A stretch of 64,000 nucleotides of DNA from a virus (IMGVR_UViG_3300037067_017690:1-64000), one strand, 5' to 3'; counted from the first letter of the stretch, positions 1 through 10,866 are shown. Notes: generated by a model from the letters alone, not told the origin. Made by a program: numbers and translations.

Positions 1-1
1 A

Positions 2-1246
2 TTAGAAAAATTAAAAAAATTAGAATCTGAAATTGCTAAAGATCCTAAATCGGCATATTATTATGCTCAAGATGTTATTAAAGAAAGATTTGAATTAGGA
101 GAATCTGCGATAGCTCAAAATGCTGAATGGGCATATAAGTATACTAGAGATATTATTGGAGGAAGATTCCCATTAGGAGAATCTGCGATAGCTCAAAATG
201 CTGAATGGGCATATAAGTATGCTAAAGATATCATTAAAGGAAGATGGATAGAAGGAGAACCTGTTATAGCTCAAAGTGCTCAATGGGCATATTATTATGC
301 TCGAGATGTTATTAAAGGAAGATTCTCGTTAATAGAACCAGAAATTGCTAAAGATTCTAGAGAGGCTTATTATTATGCTAAAGATGTCATCAAAGGAAGA
401 TTCCCATTAGGAGAATCTGCTATAGCTAAAGATGCTAAATTAGCATATAAGTATGCTCTAGATATTATTAGAGGAAGATGGGAATTAGGAGAACCCGTAA
501 TAGCTAAAGATGCTACATGGGCATATCAGTATGCTAAAGATATTATTAGAGGAAGATGGGAATTAGGAGAACCCGTAATAGCTAAAGATGCTACATGGGC
601 ATATCAGTATGCTAAAGATATTATTAGAGGAAGATGGAAATTAGCTGAACCCATAATAGCTACAAGTGCTCAATGGTCTTATTATTATGCTCAATATGTT
701 ATTAGAGGAAGATTTGAATTAGCGGAATCTGCTATAGCTAAAGATCCTCAATCTGCATATTGGTATGCTAAAGATATCATTAAAGGAAGATGGATAGAAG
801 GAGAACCTGTAATAGCTAAAGATCCTAAATATTTTAAAGAATATTTAACATTAATAAAATCTTATGAAATAGGATTAGGATCTACAGTAAATTTACATTC
901 AAAATCATTAAATATTTATTCTAAACAAGGACAATCTTATATTGAAAAATGGAAAACTAAAATATTTGGTCAATTCAATAATGTAACGATTAAAAGATCT
1001 GATGGCATAATAGTGAATCCATATGAATGGACATTGAAAAGAGAAGATTTTGATAAATTTCCTGCAGAATATCAAGATGCATTTATGTTATATTATATTA
1101 ATTGCAGTTTAAATGGAGCAAAACTTCCAAAGCTAAAAAGTGTTAAAAAATCTACTCTTGAAAAATGGAAAAATGCCAAAGACAAAATTGATAAATTAAG
1201 AAATGGAGAAGAAATAGGAGTAAATTTTGAAAATTTTAATAGTTGA
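2..1246 (+). CDS. 5'-truncated helical repeat protein with about 11 copies of a 26-aa repeat; includes the 1013..1246 ORF
   Basis: Frame 2 is open from base 2 (LEKLKKLESEIAKDPKSAYYYAQDVIKERF...) through 1246. Repeat consensus E(P/S)xIAKDxxxAYxYAxD(V/I)IKGR(W/F). C-terminus (SYEIGLGSTVNLHSKSL...STLEKWK) is shared with 1583..2878. Confidence 0.9.
   Translation, partial: LEKLKKLESEIAKDPKSAYYYAQDVIKERFELGESAIAQNAEWAYKYTRDIIGGRFPLGESAIAQNAEWAYKYAKDIIKGRWIEGEPVIAQSAQWAYYYARDVIKGRFSLIEPEIAKDSREAYYYAKDVIKGRFPLGESAIAKDAKLAYKYALDIIRGRWELGEPVIAKDATWAYQYAKDIIRGRWELGEPVIAKDATWAYQYAKDIIRGRWKLAEPIIATSAQWSYYYAQYVIRGRFELAESAIAKDPQSAYWYAKDIIKGRWIEGEPVIAKDPKYFKEYLTLIKSYEIGLGSTVNLHSKSLNIYSKQGQSYIEKWKTKIFGQFNNVTIKRSDGIIVNPYEWTLKREDFDKFPAEYQDAFMLYYINCSLNGAKLPKLKSVKKSTLEKWKNAKDKIDKLRNGEEIGVNFENFNS
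20..840 (+). repeat. 78-bp coding tandem repeat array
   Basis: 78-bp period; copies 461-538 and 539-616 are identical. Confidence 0.9.
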
Positions 1247-1586
1247 TGATCATAATGCTTTAAGATATATTTTATCTTTCGATTTAAAAAAATATGGGTA
1301 TGAAGTTCTTGAAGCAAAGAATGGAGAACAAGGCATCAAAGTTGCCGAAACTGAAAATCCAGATTTAATACTTCTTGATGTGATGATGCCAGGAGAAGAA
1401 GGGTTTAAAGTTTGCAGAAAATTAAAAAAATCGGATAAAACAAAAGATATACCAATAATATTTATGACAGCAAAAGCTCAAAGAAAAGATATTCAAGAAG
1501 GATTGCAAGCTGGAGCACTTTGTTATATGGTGAAGCCATTTAAGTTTGATGAGCTATTATCTAAGATAAAGGAAGTCATTGGATGA
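1227..1586 (+). CDS. Single-domain response regulator receiver (CheY/PhoB-like)
   Basis: ILIVDD acidic pocket, LILLDVMMP phosphoacceptor Asp, FMTA, VKPF; TTG start after AGGAG. Confidence 0.93.
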   Translation: MKILIVDDHNALRYILSFDLKKYGYEVLEAKNGEQGIKVAETENPDLILLDVMMPGEEGFKVCRKLKKSDKTKDIPIIFMTAKAQRKDIQEGLQAGALCYMVKPFKFDELLSKIKEVIG

Positions 1587-2878
1587 AAATATCACAATTC
1601 ATTAAACAGACTGCGACTACAGAATATACAAATAAACCACTTCAATATTTATTGACATTACCTCCGATGTCTAAAATTTTGGCAACCAGAGAAGATAATG
1701 AACGTGATTATTTTACGATATTTGGAAAAAAAGGTCTGTATGAATTTGCTGACAAAAAAGATTTGACGATGAAAGAATTAATAGATTTATTACCAGATAA
1801 AGAAGTAAAATATAGATTTGAAATAGAATTCGAAGAAGCTCCTCATGATTATGTTTCTGAAGCAAAAACTTTGCAAAGTATTATTCAAAGAAATCCGAAA
1901 CCTGAATTGATTGATAAATTAAAAGAAGTCACTTTGAAAACAAATAGCCCTAGTCTTTGTTATGATTATGCTAAAAATGTTATCAAAGGAAGATGGCCAG
2001 AAGCTGAACCGATAATAGCTCAAGATCCCGAATATGTCCCAATGTATGCAAAGAATATGATGAATGGTAAACGTTGGTCAGAAGGCGAAATAGGGATGTT
2101 GAAATCTGATCATTTTGATAGAAATTTTCATCTTTGCAAATATGCACAGTATATTATTAAAGGAAGATGGCCAGAAGCGGAAAGATTATTGTTGAATGGC
2201 AAAAAATTGTATAGAGCAGGAGAATATGCAGCAGATATAATTGGTGGACGTTGGCAATTATTGGAACAAGAAATTTTGAAGACTCCAGATAAAATGGATA
2301 CCGGACAATTAATCTTATATTGCAATGAATGTATTGGTGGACGTTGGTCAGAATTAGAAAGAAACATGCTAAGAATTATTGATTATCATACAGCTTTTGA
2401 TGAAACTAATTCGCAACTTAATTCTTTACGTTATCTCGCATATGATTATGTCAAAGAAGTTATAAAAGGTCCATGGCCAGAAATTGAGAGATATTTGTCA
2501 TACGATGGGGGTCTTTATCGAAAATATAAACAAATTACAAAATCTTTCGAAATAGGTATGGGGTCTACGGTGAATTTGCATTCAAGATCATTATCTCAAT
2601 ATTTAAAACATGGTGAAGAATTTCTCAAGAAATTTCGTGGTGCTAAATATGTTCCAGGAAAATACATGAGAGATATGACGAAACAAATTGATCTTTCGAA
2701 AGAAATAGATAACATTCCTCCACATCACCAGGATGGTTTTCTATTATATTTTGCAAATTGCCAAATGAATGGTGCATCTTTACCCGATCCAGCAAAAATC
2801 AGAAAATCCACTCTTGAAAAATGGAAATTAGCAAAAGATGCCATTGATAAAATGAGGAGTGAACAAAATGTGGGGTAA
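1583..2878 (+). CDS. Helical repeat protein, paralog of 2..1246 and 44150..44545; leader MKISQFIKQTA
   Basis: YAxxVIKGRWPEAE repeats; N-domain (L.YLLTLP.MSKI, GKKGLY) shared with 44150; C-domain shared with 2..1246. Confidence 0.85.
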   Translation: MKISQFIKQTATTEYTNKPLQYLLTLPPMSKILATREDNERDYFTIFGKKGLYEFADKKDLTMKELIDLLPDKEVKYRFEIEFEEAPHDYVSEAKTLQSIIQRNPKPELIDKLKEVTLKTNSPSLCYDYAKNVIKGRWPEAEPIIAQDPEYVPMYAKNMMNGKRWSEGEIGMLKSDHFDRNFHLCKYAQYIIKGRWPEAERLLLNGKKLYRAGEYAADIIGGRWQLLEQEILKTPDKMDTGQLILYCNECIGGRWSELERNMLRIIDYHTAFDETNSQLNSLRYLAYDYVKEVIKGPWPEIERYLSYDGGLYRKYKQITKSFEIGMGSTVNLHSRSLSQYLKHGEEFLKKFRGAKYVPGKYMRDMTKQIDLSKEIDNIPPHHQDGFLLYFANCQMNGASLPDPAKIRKSTLEKWKLAKDAIDKMRSEQNVG

Positions 2879-3776
2879 AATAATCAAAACTACTAAAAAT
2901 GCATTGATGGTCGCATTTAGGGATTTTTTAAAAATGTATGATGAAGTTCAATTCAAAGAAATAGAATTCCTTGAAGAATTCCCGTCCGATCAAAAAGATT
3001 CTCGTAATGCGTGGGTGCAAATCATTGATAAATTTCCTCAGATAGATCAACATCTTCCAATGATTGCTATTTCATCAGCTTCTGGAACAATCAAAAAAAC
3101 TTCTTTTGGATTATCTGCCGGAAGTTCTTGTACTCGTGTAAATGAACAAGGTAAATTAATTGGTGCTTGGGATATAGGAATCAGAGCTCAATTAACTGTG
3201 TCAATTGATATTGGTTGTGCAGGTCATAATGAACGAACAAATCTTACAGATGCTTTATCACATTTTATTTTGATTTATTCAGAAAAATATCAAAATCAAT
3301 TATTTCCACCTGTGAATTCTCCAGAACGTTGGAAAATAGTGTTGCCGAATCAGGTAGATCATGGAGGAGAAAGTGAAATTCCCCGTTCTGACGACGGTGT
3401 GGATCGAGTATATATTTCAAGTCTTTCCTTTCAGATAGATTTTGAAGATTGGATTACTCGTGAGATAGAACCTCTTAAAATGGGATCTCTTACTGGTAGT
3501 GCTCACCAGATTACTCAGGGTGTATTTTTTGCCGAAGATACTAAATTCTCATTTAAAGTTGGTGAAGTCTATAATTATAATGAAAAGGTTACTCAAGGTA
3601 CTGATATTATTTGGGAATTACCTCCTACTCCAGCAAATGAAAAAGATTTAGCAACTATTGAACAAGATGGAACTTTTACAGCGTTATTTCCAGGAAAGAT
3701 TCAATTAAAAGCAACTGATCATTTAAATGGGAATGTATCAGTTTTAAATATCACAATTACTGGAGAAAGTGTATAA
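2859..3776 (+). CDS. Putative tail terminator/neck protein with C-terminal Ig-like domain
   Basis: LPMIAIS motif, Big_2-like end (ATIEQDGTFTALFPGKIQLKAT); upstream of sheath. Start may be the second Met (MWGK). Confidence 0.5.
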   Translation: MNKMWGKIIKTTKNALMVAFRDFLKMYDEVQFKEIEFLEEFPSDQKDSRNAWVQIIDKFPQIDQHLPMIAISSASGTIKKTSFGLSAGSSCTRVNEQGKLIGAWDIGIRAQLTVSIDIGCAGHNERTNLTDALSHFILIYSEKYQNQLFPPVNSPERWKIVLPNQVDHGGESEIPRSDDGVDRVYISSLSFQIDFEDWITREIEPLKMGSLTGSAHQITQGVFFAEDTKFSFKVGEVYNYNEKVTQGTDIIWELPPTPANEKDLATIEQDGTFTALFPGKIQLKATDHLNGNVSVLNITITGESV

Positions 3777-3904
3777 ATTTCTGTGATTTAATTTTCTTTT
3801 CCACAAATAAGGCAATTTGTATTCATATAAGAATAATACCTTCAAAATAGATTAGAATTGTTATTATCTGAAGTAAAATTGTTAAAATACGGAGGAAATA
3901 TCAA

Positions 3905-4234
3905 ATGGAAGAAATTAAAAAAGAAGAATTAAAAGTTGATTTTAAGAAAGATGAAAAATCTGAAGAAGTCAAAAAAATCAAACGTGAATCTAAAAAGGAG
4001 AGCGATATGGCTGTCGAGAAAAAAAGCAATTTCTATAAAGCTACATTTAGCTTAACGCCTACTGGAAAAAAGAAATTTCCACCAGAAGTGCTTGGACATT
4101 ATTGGAAAAGAACCACTATTGATGTATCAAAAAAAGAATTTTATGGTGAAGTAGAAGCAAAAATTGATGGACTTTCCGAAGTATCGAAAGAGCATTTTGA
4201 AAAACTTTTGGAAAAATTTGGTCAGAAAAAGTAA
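3905..4234 (+). CDS. Hypothetical charged protein
   Basis: ORF with GGAGG ribosome-binding site. Confidence 0.7.
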   Translation: MEEIKKEELKVDFKKDEKSEEVKKIKRESKKESDMAVEKKSNFYKATFSLTPTGKKKFPPEVLGHYWKRTTIDVSKKEFYGEVEAKIDGLSEVSKEHFEKLLEKFGQKK

Positions 4235-4237
4235 TTT

Positions 4238-4786
4238 GTGAAAATTACACTTGAACTTGCTCCATCAAAAGATTTTTTTTCTAAATTGATTGATGATGGT
4301 CATCTTCAAAAGATTCGTGTTGCTACAACTAAAGAAATGGCTAATTGGATGTTTGAAACATTGAAGTTTAAAACAAGAGTTGAAGCATTTAAAAGATCTT
4401 CTGGTAAACTTCAGCAACGATGGACAATGGGAGTGAATCAGCATGTGGGTTGGGTGACAAATAAAACTCCTCATCTTGGATTTTTAAATAATGGTACTGG
4501 AATTTATGGTCCAAGAAAAGAACGTATAGTAATGAGATGGCTTATAGGAAAAGTTGTGCCAATTCCAGTTGCTCCTGGGAAAATACGTCCTGGGGAAGCA
4601 TATGTAGTTGGAGATAATGGTGAAGCTCTTATTTTCAGAAGATGTACTCAAGAAGCAATTAATCGTGGCGGATGGACTCATGATGGATTAAAACCAATGC
4701 AATTTATGGAAAAAACTTTCGAGGATTTCGAGAAACAAAAATTAGAAGAAATTCTTGAACATTATGTTATAAGGTTGTTTTCCTAA
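4238..4786 (+). CDS. Putative tail completion/neck protein (HK97 gp10-like)
   Basis: SGKLQQRW, FLNNGTGIYGP and HDGLKPMQFME motifs typical of virion morphogenesis proteins. Confidence 0.6.
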   Translation: MKITLELAPSKDFFSKLIDDGHLQKIRVATTKEMANWMFETLKFKTRVEAFKRSSGKLQQRWTMGVNQHVGWVTNKTPHLGFLNNGTGIYGPRKERIVMRWLIGKVVPIPVAPGKIRPGEAYVVGDNGEALIFRRCTQEAINRGGWTHDGLKPMQFMEKTFEDFEKQKLEEILEHYVIRLFS

Positions 4787-4951
4787 TTAAAATCAATAAA
4801 AATAATTTTATTCCAAATTTTCAGGTAAAAATTTAGTCAAATTAAAAATTTTCATCTCGAGATCATACGACCAAATACCTGTTTTAAAATATTCTTTATA
4901 ATGAAACTAAAATTCTTTTATAAAATAAAATTTCAATTAGGAGACTAAATA

Positions 4952-7939
4952 ATGGCTACAATTCTATATAATAACATGTTTATTCCGTTTCAGTCGGATA
5001 ATAAACTTGGTCAAGTAAATTTTCTTGGTTCCCAGACGGCTTCATATAACGCTGGTGGCGACAGTATGAATGCTCCATTTGGAATTGCCGTAGATAACAT
5101 AAATGGAAATGTATTCTTCACAGCAAATTCTGTCAACAAAGCGGGTCGTGTAGATTCAAATTCTCCTGCTACTTTACAACAAAGTTACAATGTTGGAACT
5201 TCTCCGACGGGTATATGCGTTGATAAAAATGGAGATGCATGGGTAGCCAATTCAGGTTCATATTTACCAACTTTAATTTCGAAATTAGATGGTGCTGGTT
5301 CAACAGTTACTTCTTATAAAATTACCACAGGTACTGGACCATTTGGAATTTGTTGTGATGATAATGGAGATATCTGGGTTGCTCTTGAAAATAGTGACAA
5401 AGTGATCCGATTAAGACAAGAAAATCTAAATGGTGTTGATAATTTAAATTCTGCCAATCCTTCAGGAATTTCTGGAACGATTGATGGAATTAATAATATA
5501 TTTGTAATTCCTAGAAATAATTTGGCAATAAAATCTGATGATACATTAGAAGTTGCTATAGATAAAACATATTCTAGTGATTTACCAACTTCTTATGATG
5601 ATTACACTGTGATCACCGCAGGATCTCCAATTGCTGGTCAAGTTAAAATCGAGAATAATCAACCTTCTTCTGGTAATAGTAGAATTACATTTTTTGGTGG
5701 AGCTGCTGCTAATTGTATTACTACCGAATTTACAAATGGTCAAATTACGTATTTACAAGACGCAAAAATTTCTAGTTGTAATGGAAATACAATTCAATTA
5801 ATTGTGAATGCTGCGATTAGTCAAGTTGATGAAAAAGCTCATGTAGATATTTCCGGAACTGAAGATACGGTTGTTATCATTGTTACTCCTGCTGCTTCTA
5901 CAGCTTCACCATTTAATGCTGAAGAATTCAGAGCATTCTTTAATAACCCTTCATCAGAAAGTTCTTGGACCTTAATTTCTGGAGCTGATACAGCATTAAT
6001 ATCTAGTATTACAGCAACTGGCGGAAATGTTACAGATATATTGACAAGTTCAATTGGTCCTGAAACTGTTACATTCTCCAGTGGTGCTGATGATGAATCT
6101 CCTGATAGCGATATTTCTGTAAAATTTATCGCTCAAGCGGAAATTTCTACAGGTGTTGGTACTGGTCCCAGAGGTGTAATAGCTGATGAAAATAATAAAT
6201 TATGGATAGCTTGTCCAACAAATGATACAGTTAGTCTAATTACGATTTCAACCGCTACTGTTGACTGGAATGCTGCAGGTACTGAAGCAAATTGGGATGG
6301 TGTAAGTTATGGCTGTCCAACTCCAGATGGCAATTGTGTATTTGTAAATACTAATGCAAATGCTGTTATGAAATTAAATGTTGCTGATGGTTCTGAAATT
6401 TGGAGAAAAACAACTGCTACTCATAGTTTTAATCAGCCATCTTCTGTATCTCTTGATAGAAATCAAAATTTATGGGTTGTTAATAAAGGAGATCATACTT
6501 TAACAAAATTAAATGCTGCCGGAGATCAATTAGCATCTTTTATTCTTGATTCTTTTGGTAATACTCCAGTTGCTTATGGAGATTTTACAGGATATATCTA
6601 TGAAGTAATTCTTAATGATTATACATTTCCAGCAGGAAATGTGAATCCTGAAATTCCAATTATAAGATCTCCATTGACAACCCAAATTCAACATTCGTTA
6701 ACTGTACCAATGATTTTTGAAATGGGAGAAGATCCAGAAAATGGAACTCAACAAATTCAAATAGCTCGTGATACAAGTAGTGCATTTCCTGTTCCAACTT
6801 TACATGAATCTTGGGGAAGTGGTGCAAATTACGACACTACAATTTCTTGGTCATATTCTATTGATTGGGTTCCTGGACAACCAACTACATCTGGTTCTTG
6901 GGCTGTTTTAGGATCGGGAGATCCAGGACCTTCTGGTATAACTGGTGTAGATGGTGTTTTGGAAGGATATTATGTTAAAGCAAGTGTTCATTTACCAACT
7001 TATGGTAATTATTTCTTTAATGCAAAAGCATTTGATGGAACTGGTTATAGTGATGTTACAAGTGGTAATGTTCACTATAATGTAATGGATCAATTAGATA
7101 TTGCAACAATTATACCGAATACAAAAGGTTATGATGATGTAATTTCTAATGCAAAAATAAGTGGAGATAATTTTACAGCTTCTACTGTAATAAAGGTTGG
7201 CGGTGTTATTCTTTCATCAACTTATGCAAATATTAATGAAATCAGAGTTACACTTCCTGGCACTTTATTTGTTGGATCTCATGATATTACAGCAGAAGAT
7301 CCGGCATATTTGTCAGATATTATTATAGATGGTTTCACTGTAACTACTCCGACACAAGAAGTAAAATGTCAATTGATTAGTCCAATTGATTTTACAGTAG
7401 TAAGTGCTTCAGAAACTGAGATTCCATTAATTTGGTATTCGGTTGCAAGTCCTCAGGGTGGAACTGCAGGTTTCAGAATTGAAATTGATACATTGTCCAC
7501 TTTTAATAGTCAAGGAGGAATAAACCCATTATATCGTTTTGCTACATGTTCAGGCATGCCTAATTATGTGATTTCTAATGCTGCTGAATATTCAACTAAT
7601 TATGATCCAGTTTTTGGCACAGGGACTTGGATTCCTGCTGGTGAAGGCACTCCTGGAAAATCTGGAATTGCTGGAATTAATGGCGCTCCTGCAACTGTAA
7701 GTTGTTTTAATAAAGTGAATATTCCGATGATTCCTGAAAATACTTATTATTGGAGAGTAAGGGAATGGACTGGAGAAGAAGAAGTTGGTGGCCAATTACT
7801 TTATAATGATTGGTCAGATTCTAAGATTTTTATAATCGGAACTCCTTCTCAATTAAATTTTGTCTTAACTGATCAACAAAGAATGGTTAAGAAAAATGGT
7901 AGGATTTTACAGTCTTATCGTAAAAAACTTTATTTATAA
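4952..7939 (+). CDS. Large virion protein with NHL/Vgb-like beta-propeller repeats and an IPT/TIG-like domain
   Basis: Repeated P.GI.VD..G..WVAN motifs; ISGDNF...IKVGG...IRVTLP; immediately precedes sheath. Confidence 0.65.
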   Translation: MATILYNNMFIPFQSDNKLGQVNFLGSQTASYNAGGDSMNAPFGIAVDNINGNVFFTANSVNKAGRVDSNSPATLQQSYNVGTSPTGICVDKNGDAWVANSGSYLPTLISKLDGAGSTVTSYKITTGTGPFGICCDDNGDIWVALENSDKVIRLRQENLNGVDNLNSANPSGISGTIDGINNIFVIPRNNLAIKSDDTLEVAIDKTYSSDLPTSYDDYTVITAGSPIAGQVKIENNQPSSGNSRITFFGGAAANCITTEFTNGQITYLQDAKISSCNGNTIQLIVNAAISQVDEKAHVDISGTEDTVVIIVTPAASTASPFNAEEFRAFFNNPSSESSWTLISGADTALISSITATGGNVTDILTSSIGPETVTFSSGADDESPDSDISVKFIAQAEISTGVGTGPRGVIADENNKLWIACPTNDTVSLITISTATVDWNAAGTEANWDGVSYGCPTPDGNCVFVNTNANAVMKLNVADGSEIWRKTTATHSFNQPSSVSLDRNQNLWVVNKGDHTLTKLNAAGDQLASFILDSFGNTPVAYGDFTGYIYEVILNDYTFPAGNVNPEIPIIRSPLTTQIQHSLTVPMIFEMGEDPENGTQQIQIARDTSSAFPVPTLHESWGSGANYDTTISWSYSIDWVPGQPTTSGSWAVLGSGDPGPSGITGVDGVLEGYYVKASVHLPTYGNYFFNAKAFDGTGYSDVTSGNVHYNVMDQLDIATIIPNTKGYDDVISNAKISGDNFTASTVIKVGGVILSSTYANINEIRVTLPGTLFVGSHDITAEDPAYLSDIIIDGFTVTTPTQEVKCQLISPIDFTVVSASETEIPLIWYSVASPQGGTAGFRIEIDTLSTFNSQGGINPLYRFATCSGMPNYVISNAAEYSTNYDPVFGTGTWIPAGEGTPGKSGIAGINGAPATVSCFNKVNIPMIPENTYYWRVREWTGEEEVGGQLLYNDWSDSKIFIIGTPSQLNFVLTDQQRMVKKNGRILQSYRKKLYL

Positions 7940-8021
7940 GTTGATTTAAATAATTAAAAAGAGTAATTGTAAAATTTAGTTAGTTTTCAAAGATAAAAAT
8001 GAATCTTTTAAGGAGGTAAAA

Positions 8022-10238
8022 ATGGCTACTAGTAAAGCATATTACACTGCTCCTGGTGTGCAAATCGAGAAGATTTTTAGAAATGTATCTAATACATCTA
8101 CTGAAATTCCTCGTGGTGTGTGCATCATTGGAGCTGCTGACGAGTATAAGCAAGTGTATGCAGAAGCGATTATCAGAGGCTATGTGAAAGGCGAAGGTCT
8201 CACTGTTAGTCCAACTTCACCATATACAGCAACTTTATCCAGAAATTCAAATCAGGATAAAGGTGATACAGTAATTTATTGGGAAGATGAAAATGGGAAT
8301 CCACATAATTTAGCAGAAGTTGATTGGGATTTTTCTTCAGCAAATGAAATTTTCATCAAAGATAATATTTATCGTCCTGGTAGATTATATAAAATTTCTT
8401 ATCAATCTACACAAGAAGATACTACTGATGAATTAACTCAGAATGATGTGTTTGAAGTAATTACAGTTGGTGATCAACCAGGACAATCAAATTACAAATT
8501 GGGGACTGATGTCTATTTAAAAACAGTCATTCAAGAAGTTGAAGCTGGTGATACAAATGTTGGTACTGGATTGATTCAAATTAATCCGACTTCTTATTAC
8601 ACAAAATTTGAAGAAAGAACTTATACCATTACAATCACAGCGACAGGAGCAGCATTAAGTGATGTTAGATTTTCATGGTGGGGAAATTCACCTGCTTCTG
8701 GATCTGATATTAATGTGGTTGGTGCCGCAAGTATATCTCTTGAAGATGGTATTTCAATTCAAATGACAAGTACTGGTTCAGCTTATCATGTAAATGATAC
8801 ATATACTTTCATAGTTGATTCTCTTGATATTATTTCTTGGGATAAAACTACTTCTGTATCAGAAACTGTTCCTCAATTAAACATTTTTCATGATGTTTAT
8901 GGAACTGTTACTGGTAATATGGGAAATTGGTATGTGTCATTGGAAAATAAAGCTGATTCATTAACTGCAGTTGTTGATTTAACATCAAGTGCCAGTATTC
9001 TTGTTGATTGTTCCATTATTACAGGAACAAATTATATCGATGTTGGAACTCATCACCCTGTGGATGGAATTCAATTCAATTATGTTCATTCGGGTAAAGA
9101 ACCTAAGGTTGGCGCAATTTATTATGTGAGTTATAAGCATTCAAGAGCAGATGCAGATTATTTTGCTCCTAAATTGGCTTTCTCACTTGATGAATTAGTT
9201 GCTGATGTTGGTGGTGTGTCTGCCGGAAATCAATTATCAATGGCTGCTCAAATTGCTTTTGAAAACAATGCTCCATTTGTTTGGTATATTCAAATAAAAG
9301 ATCGTGATGGGGATGGTGTTTATAGTTTTATGGATTATATTGCAGGAATTGAAGCTTCTGAGGAAAAAGAAGGAATTACAGATGTGATTTGTTTGAATAC
9401 TACTCAGCAAGTTAGAGCAAGATTAAAAGAATCTGTAAATGCTCTTTCAGCTCCTACTGGTCAAAAAGAAAGATTAGGTTGGTTTGGTATGCCTATTGGA
9501 ACTCCAATTGGTGATGTTGATGAACCAGGATCTTATGTGTATACTGGTAAAAAAGTGTTGAGAGAAGCTGGTGATGCTCCTGGTAGAGGTCGTTATCTTT
9601 TACTTGCTCCAGATAGAATAAAGAAAACTTTCTTATTGAAAGATGGTTCAGAAGAACAGTTTATTCTTGATTCAAATTATATGGGAGTTGCATGTGCATC
9701 TGTTCTTGCTTCTTTTGCAAGTCCAGCAGAAGCTCTGTTAAGAAAACAGGTTGTTGGATTTGATGAAATTGGTGAATATACTACAAAAGAAAGAGAATAT
9801 CTTGCTGCTGCTGGTGTAATGGTAATTCAGAATAAGGACGGAGTTCATGTCATATTTGATGATACTACAACTGATACTACATCAGATGATGTCATGATTC
9901 CTTCAGCTATGGTCCAGCAGGATTACGTAACCAAAACCTTGAGACAATATCTTGATGCAAGAATCATCGGATATGTTCCAAGAAATGTTGGCGAAGGTAT
10001 TGCGCTGATCCGATCTGCAATCGCGCTGAAATTAAGACAGTGTGTATGTGCTGAAGTGATAGCTCCTTATGGAGACGATGAAGACAGAGATATTAATCCA
10101 CAAGGTGATATCTATGTTGAAAGAGACCCAATATCTAAAACGACTTATAATTTTAAATATTGGTTTAATATTAGATACCCAATCAAAAGATTGTTTGGAC
10201 AATATACTGTCGACCAAACTTTCCAACCTCAGAAATAA
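8022..10238 (+). CDS. Tail sheath protein
   Basis: N-terminal Y.APGVQIE; C-terminal FNIRYPIKRL; 738 aa followed by a tube-sized gene. Confidence 0.85.
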   Translation: MATSKAYYTAPGVQIEKIFRNVSNTSTEIPRGVCIIGAADEYKQVYAEAIIRGYVKGEGLTVSPTSPYTATLSRNSNQDKGDTVIYWEDENGNPHNLAEVDWDFSSANEIFIKDNIYRPGRLYKISYQSTQEDTTDELTQNDVFEVITVGDQPGQSNYKLGTDVYLKTVIQEVEAGDTNVGTGLIQINPTSYYTKFEERTYTITITATGAALSDVRFSWWGNSPASGSDINVVGAASISLEDGISIQMTSTGSAYHVNDTYTFIVDSLDIISWDKTTSVSETVPQLNIFHDVYGTVTGNMGNWYVSLENKADSLTAVVDLTSSASILVDCSIITGTNYIDVGTHHPVDGIQFNYVHSGKEPKVGAIYYVSYKHSRADADYFAPKLAFSLDELVADVGGVSAGNQLSMAAQIAFENNAPFVWYIQIKDRDGDGVYSFMDYIAGIEASEEKEGITDVICLNTTQQVRARLKESVNALSAPTGQKERLGWFGMPIGTPIGDVDEPGSYVYTGKKVLREAGDAPGRGRYLLLAPDRIKKTFLLKDGSEEQFILDSNYMGVACASVLASFASPAEALLRKQVVGFDEIGEYTTKEREYLAAAGVMVIQNKDGVHVIFDDTTTDTTSDDVMIPSAMVQQDYVTKTLRQYLDARIIGYVPRNVGEGIALIRSAIALKLRQCVCAEVIAPYGDDEDRDINPQGDIYVERDPISKTTYNFKYWFNIRYPIKRLFGQYTVDQTFQPQK

Positions 10239-10250
10239 TAGGGAGGATTT

Positions 10251-10847
10251 ATGGCTTTAACGCAAAATACAGTTAGAAATTTTAAGGATGTTGCTACGAG
10301 TAATGGGACCAAAACTACCCACTCAATTCAGCTTCAAGGTGCTGATGGTAAGATTATTGGAATGATCCAGAATTGGCAACCATCCAGAACACGTGGGACA
10401 AGAAGAGTATTTGAATTAAATGCAAATACTTCTGGTCAAGGTGTTGATATTGTTCCTGGTGTTGTTGAATCAGATTCATTATCCGTAACAAGAATTGCTC
10501 TTTGGACAGCAGATTTATTTGCTTCCTTTTCAGCAGAAAAGTTTGCAGATGCAAAAGATTGGTTGCAACAAAGTTCTCCTTTCGAAGTAAAGGAAATATG
10601 GGCAAGTCCAGCTAATGGTAATGGTGTTGCTGCAGATTATGCAGGCAGTATGGTGGCTGGCCAAAATGGAACAGATGCAAAAAATGATCCTATAAAAGAA
10701 GGTGCCACAAGATCTGGTGGACCATCTGTTATAGTTTATTTTGGATGTTGGTTCACGGAAATAACTCCTGATTCATATACTGCTGATGGAGATAAAGTAG
10801 TTTCTGAAACAGCTACAATAGAAGTTCTTGGAAGATCTTACAGTTAA
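10251..10847 (+). CDS. Tail tube protein
   Basis: IGMIQNW...RVFEL, YFGCWFTEI, VSETATIEV; directly after sheath and before a terminator. Confidence 0.8.
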   Translation: MALTQNTVRNFKDVATSNGTKTTHSIQLQGADGKIIGMIQNWQPSRTRGTRRVFELNANTSGQGVDIVPGVVESDSLSVTRIALWTADLFASFSAEKFADAKDWLQQSSPFEVKEIWASPANGNGVAADYAGSMVAGQNGTDAKNDPIKEGATRSGGPSVIVYFGCWFTEITPDSYTADGDKVVSETATIEVLGRSYS

Positions 10848-10866
10848 GATATTTAGTTCATGATTT

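Noticed and set aside
20-840. CRISPR array or DGR template/variable repeat pair
   Set aside because: The repeats are contiguous in-frame 78-bp coding units without spacers, variation is not confined to adenines, and no reverse transcriptase or cas gene is in the window.
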